A stretch of DNA of 32,000 nt from Candidatus Saccharimonadota bacterium (GTDB lineage: Bacteria > Patescibacteriota > Saccharimonadia > Saccharimonadales > UBA4665), in assembly GCA_016699955.1 (NCBI GenBank), contig CP064993.1, forward strand, positions 390,001 through 422,000, given 5' to 3'. Of the stretch, positions 8,119-15,326 are shown piece by piece. The notes under the pieces were generated by a model. It made no database searches, was not told the DNA's origin, and saw only the letters and a list, made by a program, of their open reading frames with translations. Positions within the stretch are counted from its first letter, which is position 1, and each line of letters begins with the position of its first letter. The position numbers were made by a program, and so were the translations under genes.

Positions 8119-8127
8119 TGGTATAAA
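8119..8127 (+). promoter_or_regulatory. Extended -10 element TGGTATAAA upstream of pilin paralog 5
   Basis: TGnTATAAA lies 28 nt upstream of ATG 8155, with AAAGGAA as the SD in between. Confidence 0.4.
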
Positions 8128-8154
8128 TTAAGATAAGCAAAATAAGAAAGGAAT

Positions 8155-8583
8155 ATGAAAATGTTTACTCAGATTCGAACAAGAATAGCTATGTTACTTG
8201 GAGTCGCAATGCTGGTGGTAGTCCCCTTCGTCGCATCGGCAGTTAGTTTCGCAGCACCAGAGATTCAAAGTAAGTTGTGTAACTCTGTCAGTACGCTAAC
8301 CGTTGATGGCACGGGAACTTGCGATACCGACACCGCAGGTAGTAATGAAAAAATCAACAGTGTTATCACTGATGTGGTTAATATCTTTTCTGTGCTTGTC
8401 GGCGTCGTGGCAGTGATTATGATAATTTGGGGCGGGCTGCGCTACATCACGTCTGGTGGAGATAGCGGCAAGATTACATCCGCAAAAAATACTATTATCT
8501 ATGCGCTCATAGGTTTAGTGGTTGTAGCACTGGCACAGTTTATTGTGAAGTTTGTGCTTGGCAAAGTCACGACCAATCCTTAA
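8155..8583 (+). CDS. VirB2/TrbC-like T4SS pilin-family protein (paralog 5)
   Basis: 142 aa with signal peptide (VVPFVASAVSFA). Motif ...IIWGGLRYITSGGDSGKITSAKNTIIYALIGLVVVALAQ... Confidence 0.8.
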   Translation: MKMFTQIRTRIAMLLGVAMLVVVPFVASAVSFAAPEIQSKLCNSVSTLTVDGTGTCDTDTAGSNEKINSVITDVVNIFSVLVGVVAVIMIIWGGLRYITSGGDSGKITSAKNTIIYALIGLVVVALAQFIVKFVLGKVTTNP

Positions 8584-8598
8584 CACAAGTCGCTTCGT

Positions 8599-8627
8599 AA
8601 AAAAGCCCCGTTTTGCGGGGCTTTTTG
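8599..8627 (+). terminator. Rho-independent terminator of the pilin operon
   Basis: AAAAAGCCCCG-TTTTG-CGGGGCTTTTT: a GC stem at 8605..8610/8616..8621 followed by a T-run, 16 nt after the stop codon. Confidence 0.8.
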
Positions 8628-8787
8628 CTTCCACGTTACATTGCACCAGTCAGCCTGCTTGCCGTCAGAGACGTCCCCAGCCTTTTAGGTACCCCTTCAG
8701 GGTGCAAGCCAAGCGAGCAAGGAGCCTTCAAAGGCGGGGGAGCTCTTAGAAAAAAGCGAAGTAGCATGTCTTGGGGTAAGTTGTATG

Positions 8788-8822
8788 AAAAAACCGCCAG
8801 ATAAATACACCGGCGGTTTTGT
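8788..8822. terminator. Bidirectional hairpin terminator (serves hsp20 on the minus strand)
   Basis: AAAAAACCGCC ... GGCGGTTTT, with a 13-nt loop and T-runs on both strands. Lies 22 nt downstream of the hsp20 stop. Confidence 0.5.
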
Positions 8823-8843
8823 ACGTGTAACGCACGAGTAGGG

Positions 8844-9332
8844 CTAGACGACTTGGATTTTTTTGACGGTGTCTTGCTTGACCTTGGTGAAGCTAACCGT
8901 TAGAACGCCGTCTTTAAGGACAGCCTCAATATCTTCTTCTTTGACAGGAACGGGTAGCGCTATGCTGCGGCTAAATTCACCCCAGTAGCACTCTTGCACG
9001 AAGTAGTTCTCAACCTGGTCTTCGTTACCTGCACTTAAAGTACCGCGAATGCTGAGGGTGTTATCGGCAATGCTTACATCTAGGTCACCTTTATTGACGC
9101 CAGCAGTTCGCGCTTTGACAACGAGCAGTTCTCTCGTTTCGTAAACGTCTACCGCGAGTTGCCCGGGCAACACGGCTTCCTCGTCGTTCCATTCTTCGTC
9201 GACGGAACCCATTGTTGCAGGGTCATCATCAACTTGTGCTGGGGCTTGTTGGGGAGCTTCATCGCCCAAAAACGCCGCAGTTAATTCATCTTCTTCCAGT
9301 AACAAATCGTCATCACGATTGCGTCGTGCCAT
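8844..9332 (-). CDS. hsp20: Small heat-shock protein, Hsp20/alpha-crystallin family
   Basis: 162 aa with a GGAGGG SD. The alpha-crystallin domain is read directly: LAVDVYETRELLVVKARTAGVNKGDLDVSIADNTLSIRG...GEFSRSIALPVPVKEEDIEAVLKDGVLTVSFTK. Confidence 0.9.
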   Translation of the reverse strand: MARRNRDDDLLLEEDELTAAFLGDEAPQQAPAQVDDDPATMGSVDEEWNDEEAVLPGQLAVDVYETRELLVVKARTAGVNKGDLDVSIADNTLSIRGTLSAGNEDQVENYFVQECYWGEFSRSIALPVPVKEEDIEAVLKDGVLTVSFTKVKQDTVKKIQVV

Positions 9333-9475
9333 AGTAGTTATTACCCTCCGCCGGCAGTTTATGCCGGATTACAAAATAGACAGCATCTTGCTTGTTTGTG
9401 TTAAAAACAGTATAACTGAGGCCGTCAACAGTGTGCAAGGGCGGGTGCACTTATTTACAACGCAATAATCACAAC

Positions 9476-10156
9476 ATGCTACTGCTTGAGAAAATAATCA
9501 GCCTATATGCACCACATTTATGTCTTGGTTGCAAGACCGAAGACAACCAGCTCATATGTGAGTCCTGCCGTAGTGCCCTGCCCTCCGTTCCCTCGCGCTG
9601 TTATCGTTGCCGTGCGGTAACCAGAGATTTCGGCGTGTGCCTTGCCTGTCGTCGACATAGTCCGCTTAGGCATTTGCATGTTGCACTGCATTACGATGGG
9701 CTTGCAAAAGAGTTACTTCATCATGCTAAATATGAAAGGGCTCGTTCTGGGCTCGCCGAAATGGCGGAGCTACTAGCACCCCTGCTAGCTCACCTGCCAA
9801 AGGACGCTGTACTGGTGCCGGTTCCAACCGCAACTCGAAGGGTTAGACAGCGCGGGTATGATCAGGCAGAAGTACTAGCACGTATACTTGCTGGCTCGCA
9901 AAATGTTTTGTGTGAGTCATTTCTGGCAAGAACATCACAGGCTCATCAGGTAGGCTCGGGAAAGGCGGAGCGGCTGCGGCATCTGGAAGGTGCTTTTCGA
10001 ATAATCCACGCCAATCGCTTGCAGGGCAAACACATTATTTTGGTTGACGATGTCCTTACCAGTGGCGCAACACTGGAAACAGCTGGCCGATTGCTAAAAA
10101 AAGCCGGCGCAAAGCAGGTCGATGCGATTGTTTTTGCACAGGCGGGGATGGGATAA
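9476..10156 (+). CDS. comFC: ComF-family phosphoribosyltransferase-domain protein
   Basis: The track ORF begins at GTG 9431; in-frame ATG 9476 (MLLLEKIISLYAPHLCLGCK) is preferred. It has an N-terminal double CxxC zinc finger (CLGC...CESC, CYRC...CLAC) and a C-terminal PRTase motif HIILVDDVLTSGATLETA. Confidence 0.85.
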   Translation: MLLLEKIISLYAPHLCLGCKTEDNQLICESCRSALPSVPSRCYRCRAVTRDFGVCLACRRHSPLRHLHVALHYDGLAKELLHHAKYERARSGLAEMAELLAPLLAHLPKDAVLVPVPTATRRVRQRGYDQAEVLARILAGSQNVLCESFLARTSQAHQVGSGKAERLRHLEGAFRIIHANRLQGKHIILVDDVLTSGATLETAGRLLKKAGAKQVDAIVFAQAGMG

Positions 10157-10171
10157 GAAAGCAATTGCTTG

Positions 10172-10234
10172 GGGCCAAACTAAAAACTCCACCTTTCGGT
10201 GAAGTCTTCATTTTGGCGGAGAGAGAGGGATTCG
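10172..10234. repeat. 63-bp direct repeat, distal copy: terminator hairpin plus the last 21 nt of tRNA-Ser (pseudo-3' end)
   Basis: 61 of 63 nt identical to 10331..10393. Contains TGGCGGAGAGAGAGGGATTCG (CCA, acceptor 3' strand, T-arm 3' half) but no remaining tRNA body. The hairpin copy is at 10187..10204. Confidence 0.9.
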
Positions 10235-10330
10235 CCTCGTCACTTCGTGACGCCCCGTAACTTGCCGTAGGCAACTTCCGGGCTTCGGGATCGGGGAGTG
10301 TCACTGGCACTCCCGTTCTCATCCCGTCTC

Positions 10331-10393
10331 GGGCCAAACTAAAAACTCCACCTTTCGGTGAAGTCTTCAGTCTGGCGGAGAGAGAGGGATTCG
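10331..10393. repeat. 63-bp direct repeat, proximal copy (3' end of the intact tRNA-Ser(GCT) plus its terminator)
   Basis: Same as above. The copies are 159 bp apart and separated by a 96-nt GC-rich unique segment (10235..10330). Confidence 0.9.
10336..10363 (-). terminator. Rho-independent terminator after tRNA-Ser(GCT)
   Basis: Minus strand reads CUUCACC-GAAA-GGUGGAG (7-bp stem with one G.U and a GNRA loop) followed by UUUUUAGUUU. Confidence 0.6.
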
Positions 10394-10465
10394 AACCCTC
10401 GCAGGGACTCTCGCCCCTCTAACGATTTAGCAAACCGTCCCCTTCAGCCACTTGGGTACCTCTCC
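10373..10465 (-). tRNA. tRNA-Ser (anticodon GCT), CCA encoded
   Basis: Reverse complement is GGAGAGGTACCCAAGTGGCTGAAGGGGACGGTTTGCTAAATCGTTAGAGGGGCGAGAGTCCCTGCGAGGGTTCGAATCCCTCTCTCTCCGCCA. Anticodon loop TTGCTAA, long variable arm, T-arm GAGGG-TTCGAAT-CCCTC. Confidence 0.9.
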
Positions 10466-10620
10466 TTTTTATGAGGGACTCGCCCCTCTGCTGTGCTAGT
10501 TGAAGTGAGTTCAACTAGTTTGCGCGCCCTCTAAAGCTTGGCTATTGCCTCGTTCGCTTTGCTCAATTTTGTCTTGAACACATGCATTCTGGCTGGCTTC
10601 TGCTACTAGTGTAACAGATT

Positions 10621-10710
10621 TGGCGGAGAGAGAGGGATTCGAACCCTCGGTACCCTTGCGGGCACACTTGTTTTCAAGACAAGCTCCTTAAACCGCTCGG
10701 ACATCTCTCC
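10621..10710 (-). tRNA. tRNA-Ser (anticodon TGA), CCA encoded
   Basis: Reverse complement is GGAGAGATGTCCGAGCGGTTTAAGGAGCTTGTCTTGAAAACAAGTGTGCCCGCAAGGGTACCGAGGGTTCGAATCCCTCTCTCTCCGCCA. Anticodon stem CTTGT/ACAAG, loop CTTGAAA, long variable arm. Confidence 0.9.
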
Positions 10711-10991
10711 ATGTTTTATCTCTGAAACTCGGTTGTCGTCTCAGCCAGTTTTATCAAAGGGCAGCTTTTGTTCTAAAAGTACTGCGAGTACCTAATTGGC
10801 GTAAGCTACCGGTCACTCTTCCATGTAAAAAGAACAGAGGTGATTATAGCAACTGAGGTTAAAAATAGCAAAAATGTTTATCTAACTGCCTGATCCAATT
10901 GAGCGGAGTGAACCAGCGCGCAGTGCCGGTTTAGGACAAGGGAATCTGGCTAGTTAGCCTCTCTACACACACATGTAGTACAATATCGCTT

Positions 10992-11726
10992 ATGGAAGAA
11001 CAGCAACCGGGGCGAGTTATATCGCCGGGAAACCCTGCGCCGCAGCCTCTGGCGAATAATCAAATAGTCGAGCAGAGTGCTCAGCCCGTGTCTTCCCTGC
11101 CACCTACCCCATCACCGCACGCTCAGGGTTCACTACAAGCTACGCCGCTGGCCGCAGTATCTCCACTGCCAGCTCTGACATATGCTGAGCAAACGGACAA
11201 AGCAGCTCAAGAAATTCCGGCACAAACCTGGTCAGAGTCAGAAAACCTTACCCAAAATCAACTCCAGACTGCAGATATCGCTTGGAGTGCGGCAGAATAT
11301 ATTGATAATGAAAAGAACGCGACGTGGTACGGAGCAGTTACGCTTGGCAGCATACTGCTGGGCGCGCTCATTTATCTGTTTACGAAGGACGTCATATCTA
11401 CGGCGGTTGTTGTGCTGGCAATAGGCGGACTACTTTTTGTTTCTGCACATCGACCCATTGAAGCAAGCTACGCGTTACGTGACGGATTAATTCAAATAGG
11501 GCAAAAAACATATCACCTTGACGATTTTAAGGCTTTTTCAGTTGATGAAGCGGCGCCAGTGCTTGGGATATCGCTTATGCCGTTAAAACGGTTTATGCCA
11601 CCAGTCGCGCTCTATGTCGATGAGGTGCATGAGCAGACTGTCGTTGACTACATATCAGATTTTCTTCCCATGGAACCGCACAAGGTCGATGCGATGGACA
11701 GTTTGTTGCGCCGGCTGAGGTTTTAG
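10992..11726 (+). CDS. Hypothetical membrane protein (Pro/Gln-rich N-terminus, TM hairpin, C-terminal soluble domain)
   Basis: 244-aa ORF with two adjacent TM helices (WYGAVTLGSILLGALIYLF / ISTAVVVLAIGGLLFV). TACAAT at 10979..10984 ends 7 nt before the ATG with no SD, so it may be leaderless. Confidence 0.65.
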   Translation: MEEQQPGRVISPGNPAPQPLANNQIVEQSAQPVSSLPPTPSPHAQGSLQATPLAAVSPLPALTYAEQTDKAAQEIPAQTWSESENLTQNQLQTADIAWSAAEYIDNEKNATWYGAVTLGSILLGALIYLFTKDVISTAVVVLAIGGLLFVSAHRPIEASYALRDGLIQIGQKTYHLDDFKAFSVDEAAPVLGISLMPLKRFMPPVALYVDEVHEQTVVDYISDFLPMEPHKVDAMDSLLRRLRF

Positions 11727-11827
11727 CAGGTCGAGCTTAAGCAACGCTATTGCTAGCGAGCCATGGTATATTGCATTAATGCAACTATTCTGCTATCGTA
11801 CAATCATAAGGAATAGAGGCTAGGTGC

Positions 11828-12373
11828 ATGTACGAGCAAAATAAAGTTTCAGTTGTCGGACGAATAATATGGTTTATTGTTTCACTGCTTATTTTAGCGG
11901 CACTGGTATGGTTTGTGCTTTGGTTGCTCTTTTGGCGCAGCCCCAAAGTAGATCGCACAGTCGAAACGGCAAAAAACGGCGTCCAATCAACTGTTCAAAA
12001 AAGCTCCAATGCCATAGAAAACCCGGTTAACAAAGACAAATCAAGCCCTTCTACATCTACGTCTACGACTCCCAGTACAACCAGTACAACCGATACAGCA
12101 ACTCCATCGGCGGGCTCATCTACGCAAAGCACGACCCCATCAACCCCCACGACCTCGTCAGCAACTAGCGGTACCGGCTCGTCTAGTGCCGGCCAGACAA
12201 GTTCAACGTCTACAGAAACACCGGCCGCGGCTGCAACGAGTACGACAAGCACAACCACCACAACCCAACTTGCAAACACCGGTCCTGAAAGTGCGATTCT
12301 GCCGGTAATCGGCGCAGTCGCCAGCGGTTCCATACTCTATCACATTCGCCTTCGCCGCAAAGCCAACGCGTAG
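11828..12373 (+). CDS. Ser/Thr-rich surface protein with LPXTG-like (LANTG) cell-wall sorting signal
   Basis: 181 aa with an N-terminal TM, a long S/T/P low-complexity region and C-terminal LANTG + hydrophobic stretch + RLRRKANA, the classic sortase signal architecture. Confidence 0.75.
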   Translation: MYEQNKVSVVGRIIWFIVSLLILAALVWFVLWLLFWRSPKVDRTVETAKNGVQSTVQKSSNAIENPVNKDKSSPSTSTSTTPSTTSTTDTATPSAGSSTQSTTPSTPTTSSATSGTGSSSAGQTSSTSTETPAAAATSTTSTTTTTQLANTGPESAILPVIGAVASGSILYHIRLRRKANA

Positions 12374-12421
12374 AAACGCCGATTGACGTTCCGCACAAAC
12401 AACTAGTGGTAGTATATATGC

Positions 12422-12967
12422 ATGCGTTGTCCTATTTGTGCGTCTGATTTGAAGGATATCCAACAAGGCTGTCATGTATGTCCCCAAGGTCACGGTGTGC
12501 TACTGGGGGCAAGTCAGCTTAGTCGGCAAGATGAAGCACTGGTTCGGGCTATCGATGCCGTAGATGCCGAAGTGCCCCAAGCGCGCCACCGTCAGTACCT
12601 CATTGCGTGTCCTGCCTGTGGCCACGATATGACGGCCGTTAACTACTGTGGTTCAGGGGTTATGATTGACTCGTGCTTGTGGCCTGGCTGCCAGCTGCGT
12701 TGGCTCGATGGCGATGAATTACGAAATATTAAGGATCGTAAGGCTCTGCTTCCCACGGAAGACAAGGCGATGTTTACAAGCTTGGGAAAAGAAGCAGGCT
12801 TGACCGTGCACTTCTCTTCTGCGGACTCAGATAGACTAGTGTCCCAAAAACATTCAGGTAATCCAGTAATGGTTGAAGCACAGCAGTCACATACCGCAGC
12901 AACGGTGCTTGCCGTCGCAGTTATAGCCGCAGCCACCTATGCCTTATGGCATTTTTCTACGAACTAA
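12422..12967 (+). CDS. Zinc-ribbon protein with C-terminal membrane anchor
   Basis: 181 aa with two CxxC...CxxxH/CxxC ribbons (MRCPICAS...CHVCPQGH; CPACGH...) and a C-terminal TM (AATVLAVAVIAAATYALWHF). Confidence 0.7.
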   Translation: MRCPICASDLKDIQQGCHVCPQGHGVLLGASQLSRQDEALVRAIDAVDAEVPQARHRQYLIACPACGHDMTAVNYCGSGVMIDSCLWPGCQLRWLDGDELRNIKDRKALLPTEDKAMFTSLGKEAGLTVHFSSADSDRLVSQKHSGNPVMVEAQQSHTAATVLAVAVIAAATYALWHFSTN

Positions 12968-13365
12968 ATTCCTGCAAGTACGATTTTTATAACTATAGGC
13001 AGGAAAGTGTTGGTTTTTTGCTCTTTCTACATCTGTTGTCGAGAAATACGTAATGTCTTATGACATTCCTTATGTATGAAACAACGAGGATTTACGTATT
13101 GGACCGAGTTATTGTGATTGTTGCCACCGCCAACTTAGGTCGTCTGTGACGGCCATAAAGGTTTCCTGAAGACTATTTTCATCCGTTGGCCGCATACAAT
13201 CGTGCAGCGCTGTCGGTTTCATCAACCAAGAGCTACGAGAAGTAGAAGATATCCTTAACAACCGATCACGAAAACGATACAATTGGAGAATCCAATTGAG
13301 CAGCGACAGCTAGTCCTTGCAAATAGCTAGGTGGAAAGTTTGGGAATGTAATCTGGGGTCTTTGC

Positions 13366-13393
13366 TTGACAATATTACCCAGTAATATATAAT
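13366..13393 (+). promoter_or_regulatory. Near-consensus sigma70-type promoter (TTGACA-16 nt-TATAAT)
   Basis: TTGACA at 13366..13371 and TATAAT at 13388..13393, 38 nt upstream of ATG 13431, which has a GGAGG SD at 13421..13425. Confidence 0.55.
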
Positions 13394-13430
13394 ATTGACT
13401 AATAGACAATATAATATACTGGAGGAATCA

Positions 13431-13991
13431 ATGGGCAGAAATATAAGTCGTGTTTTTGGCAAAGAAGGGTCGAGAGTAACCATATTTACAGCACTAGCAG
13501 TAGCAGGGGCACTCGCAGTTGCAGCTTGTGAAAGTACAGGGAGTGAACATAATCCTACACCGAGGCCGGACACGACGACCACTGATATCAATCGTAATCC
13601 AGACCAGCCGCTGCCGGGATTCAGCTTTAAGCCGGAAACGGTAAAAGTTGATGTGGGCGATAGGTACAGGACTTTCTATGAACCCGGTGATCAGTCTGGA
13701 ATTACTTACGAAAACGGCCAGGCGAAAATATCATATGTAATTGCAGGTGTCTTATTTTCGGAACAGGTTGGTTTCAGCTGCAATGGTAGCACGCTGACCG
13801 CCGTCAGCGACGGCTGGCATGTTGATAAAGATCCTCAATACGGTACCTTCGATGTGCCGCCATTAACGACAGAGATCCCAAATGACCCGGCGTGCGCAGA
13901 TGGCAAGCTTAATCCAGATGATAAACTAACAGCAAGAAGCTTACCGATAGATGAGATCAGTTATGATTCCTATCACACTCCTTCCAAATAG
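13431..13991 (+). CDS. Putative lipoprotein
   Basis: The track ORF starts at TTG 13395; ATG 13431 with the GGAGG SD is preferred. Signal plus lipobox: ...IFTALAVAGALAVAAC|ESTG. Confidence 0.75.
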   Translation: MGRNISRVFGKEGSRVTIFTALAVAGALAVAACESTGSEHNPTPRPDTTTTDINRNPDQPLPGFSFKPETVKVDVGDRYRTFYEPGDQSGITYENGQAKISYVIAGVLFSEQVGFSCNGSTLTAVSDGWHVDKDPQYGTFDVPPLTTEIPNDPACADGKLNPDDKLTARSLPIDEISYDSYHTPSK

Positions 13992-14330
13992 CGTTTAAAC
14001 GTACAAATTAGTGGGTGACAATTTGTAATGTAAGGGTCTCGCCCCTACATTTGTAAAATGTTGTCATTTGCCTATCTACAGAGCTTAGCTTGGCTGACAG
14101 GATGCGCTGCGCTTGCACGGAACTAGCTTTTTACGAGCAAGCTCCTGCACGCTCATTCCTGTACGAACCCACGACCTACGCTCACTGTTCGCTGGTAGTA
14201 GCTTCAAACCTCTAGCATAACCAAATTAAAACGGCCAGTTTTCACTGACCGCCTTAATTTGGTACAGCATTATAGAGCAGGTTAGGTCACTTTTCCTTGC
14301 CTATAATAGCTCAAACGCCGTATGAAATAC

Positions 14331-14357
14331 CTACCTACCGTGCTTGCCTATATAGTT
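14331..14357 (+). repeat. 27-nt imperfect direct repeat, copy 1 (CTACCTACCGTGCTTGCCTATATAGTT)
   Basis: 24 of 27 nt identical to 14568..14594, with an exact 17-mer ACCGTGCTTGCCTATAT. Confidence 0.7.
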
Positions 14358-14567
14358 CATACCCCTATCACAATAATATGGGCGCAAATCATGCGTACAA
14401 TTACTGGAAAAGATTTAGAGAGCTAGAAAGTTGCTCTTGCCAAGTCCGCCATAAAGTACGACACTGACGCTGAATATCAGGAGGCAATTTATAACCTAGT
14501 AGGCTACATAGACACTCTTATACAAATGGATCAGCAGCAAAATGCCAGAGAAAAGGCGAAAAATTAG

Positions 14568-14594
14568 CTAACCACCGTGCTTGCCTATATTGTT
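14568..14594 (+). repeat. 27-nt imperfect direct repeat, copy 2, abutting the stop codon of the SagB-like gene
   Basis: CTAACCACCGTGCTTGCCTATATTGTT. See copy 1. Confidence 0.7.
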
Positions 14595-15322
14595 TATTTG
14601 GCGAAGCCACACGCCAAGCCTAGAGCTATGGCTGCGGAAGTATCCTCTAGACCTAACAATGCTTTGATTTCATTATCAAGCAGCCCGCCCATTTCCACTC
14701 CAACCATTTTTTCTTCCACGAGCCTTAGGGATAGGTTCTGAGCAGCATGTCCAACTTCTATTAGGGCGAATCGCCCACCTCTTTCCCCGTATTTAGACGT
14801 CACTCTACTAGCGAACAGCACGAAAACGAATACTACGGCTGGCATTGAATTGTCAGTATCTATATTTAATAGCGGAGCGTAGGATTCCCAGTCTGGTAAA
14901 GCTTTTACCTCAGACAGGCTATGATTATCTGCATTGTAATAGCAGACTTTATGATTCAGCTCTCCGTCATAATTATTTACCAAGCAAAAGATGTCTACAC
15001 CATATGTAGCTCCAGCAGAAGGATAAGTACGCCCATCGCTATTATTCTTTGAGAATGCCGCTAAAAGACTGCCGAGTTGTTTTTTGTTAATTTTCTTTTC
15101 AGCGAAAAGTCTATCACTTTTTCTTCTTTGCATCTGCTTAACTTGTCTGTCAGTTGGCATAGGTAATTTATGGTCTGGCTTAGGATATTGTAGTGCGGGC
15201 ATCTCATGCTCTGCACCGCTATATTCTTCAATAAGTTTTTGAAACTCACCAATATTTACTTCAGAAAACTTGGAGTTCTCCCAAAAAATATCAAAGAGGG
15301 GGCTATTAGTATCTTCGTTCAT
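14594..15322 (-). CDS. SagB/McbC-type FMN-dependent dehydrogenase (azoline oxidase, nitroreductase fold)
   Basis: 242 aa, last gene of the operon. Nitroreductase-like motifs are read as RRKSDRLF, PSAGATYGVDIF and FALIEVGHAAQNLSLRLVEEKMVGVEMGG. Lies immediately downstream of the YcaO gene (4-nt gap). Confidence 0.75.
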   Translation of the reverse strand: MNEDTNSPLFDIFWENSKFSEVNIGEFQKLIEEYSGAEHEMPALQYPKPDHKLPMPTDRQVKQMQRRKSDRLFAEKKINKKQLGSLLAAFSKNNSDGRTYPSAGATYGVDIFCLVNNYDGELNHKVCYYNADNHSLSEVKALPDWESYAPLLNIDTDNSMPAVVFVFVLFASRVTSKYGERGGRFALIEVGHAAQNLSLRLVEEKMVGVEMGGLLDNEIKALLGLEDTSAAIALGLACGFAK

Positions 15323-15326
15323 ACTT

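Noticed and set aside
8552-8804. Two overlapping plus-strand ORFs (65 and 63 aa) in the 160-bp space between two terminators, considered as small proteins or an sRNA
   Set aside because: There is no RBS, one ORF starts inside the pilin gene and terminator, and the composition is Arg/Pro-rich, typical of out-of-frame GC-rich DNA. I recognise no RNA family. An sRNA ending at the 8788..8822 hairpin cannot be excluded but is unsupported.
9344-9367. Hairpin CCGGCA-GTTTA-TGCCGG in the hsp20 5' UTR next to the SD, considered as an RNA thermometer
   Set aside because: The GGAGGG SD (9344..9349) lies outside the stem, and I find no complementary CCCUCC or U-rich anti-SD. The defining feature of ROSE/fourU thermometers is therefore missing.
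10056-10337. 93-aa minus-strand ORF across the tRNA-Ser duplication
   Set aside because: It spans the ComF 3' end, the terminator copies and the tRNA fragment. The repeat and tRNA-scar structure explains it better.
11995-12493. Minus-strand ORFs (11995..12333, 12203..12493, 12210..12398) opposite the Ser/Thr-rich LPXTG-like gene
   Set aside because: They are antisense frames of a low-complexity ACN/TCN-rich region (Val/Asp-rich mirror peptides). The plus-strand gene has a TM helix, a sorting signal and an RBS.
14391-14567. In-frame TAG inside a 58-codon frame, considered as evidence for stop-codon reassignment
   Set aside because: TAG terminates several well-supported genes here (for example 8098, 12373, 25451), and TGA and TAA are also used as stops. 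The code is standard and this is at most a decayed gene fragment.
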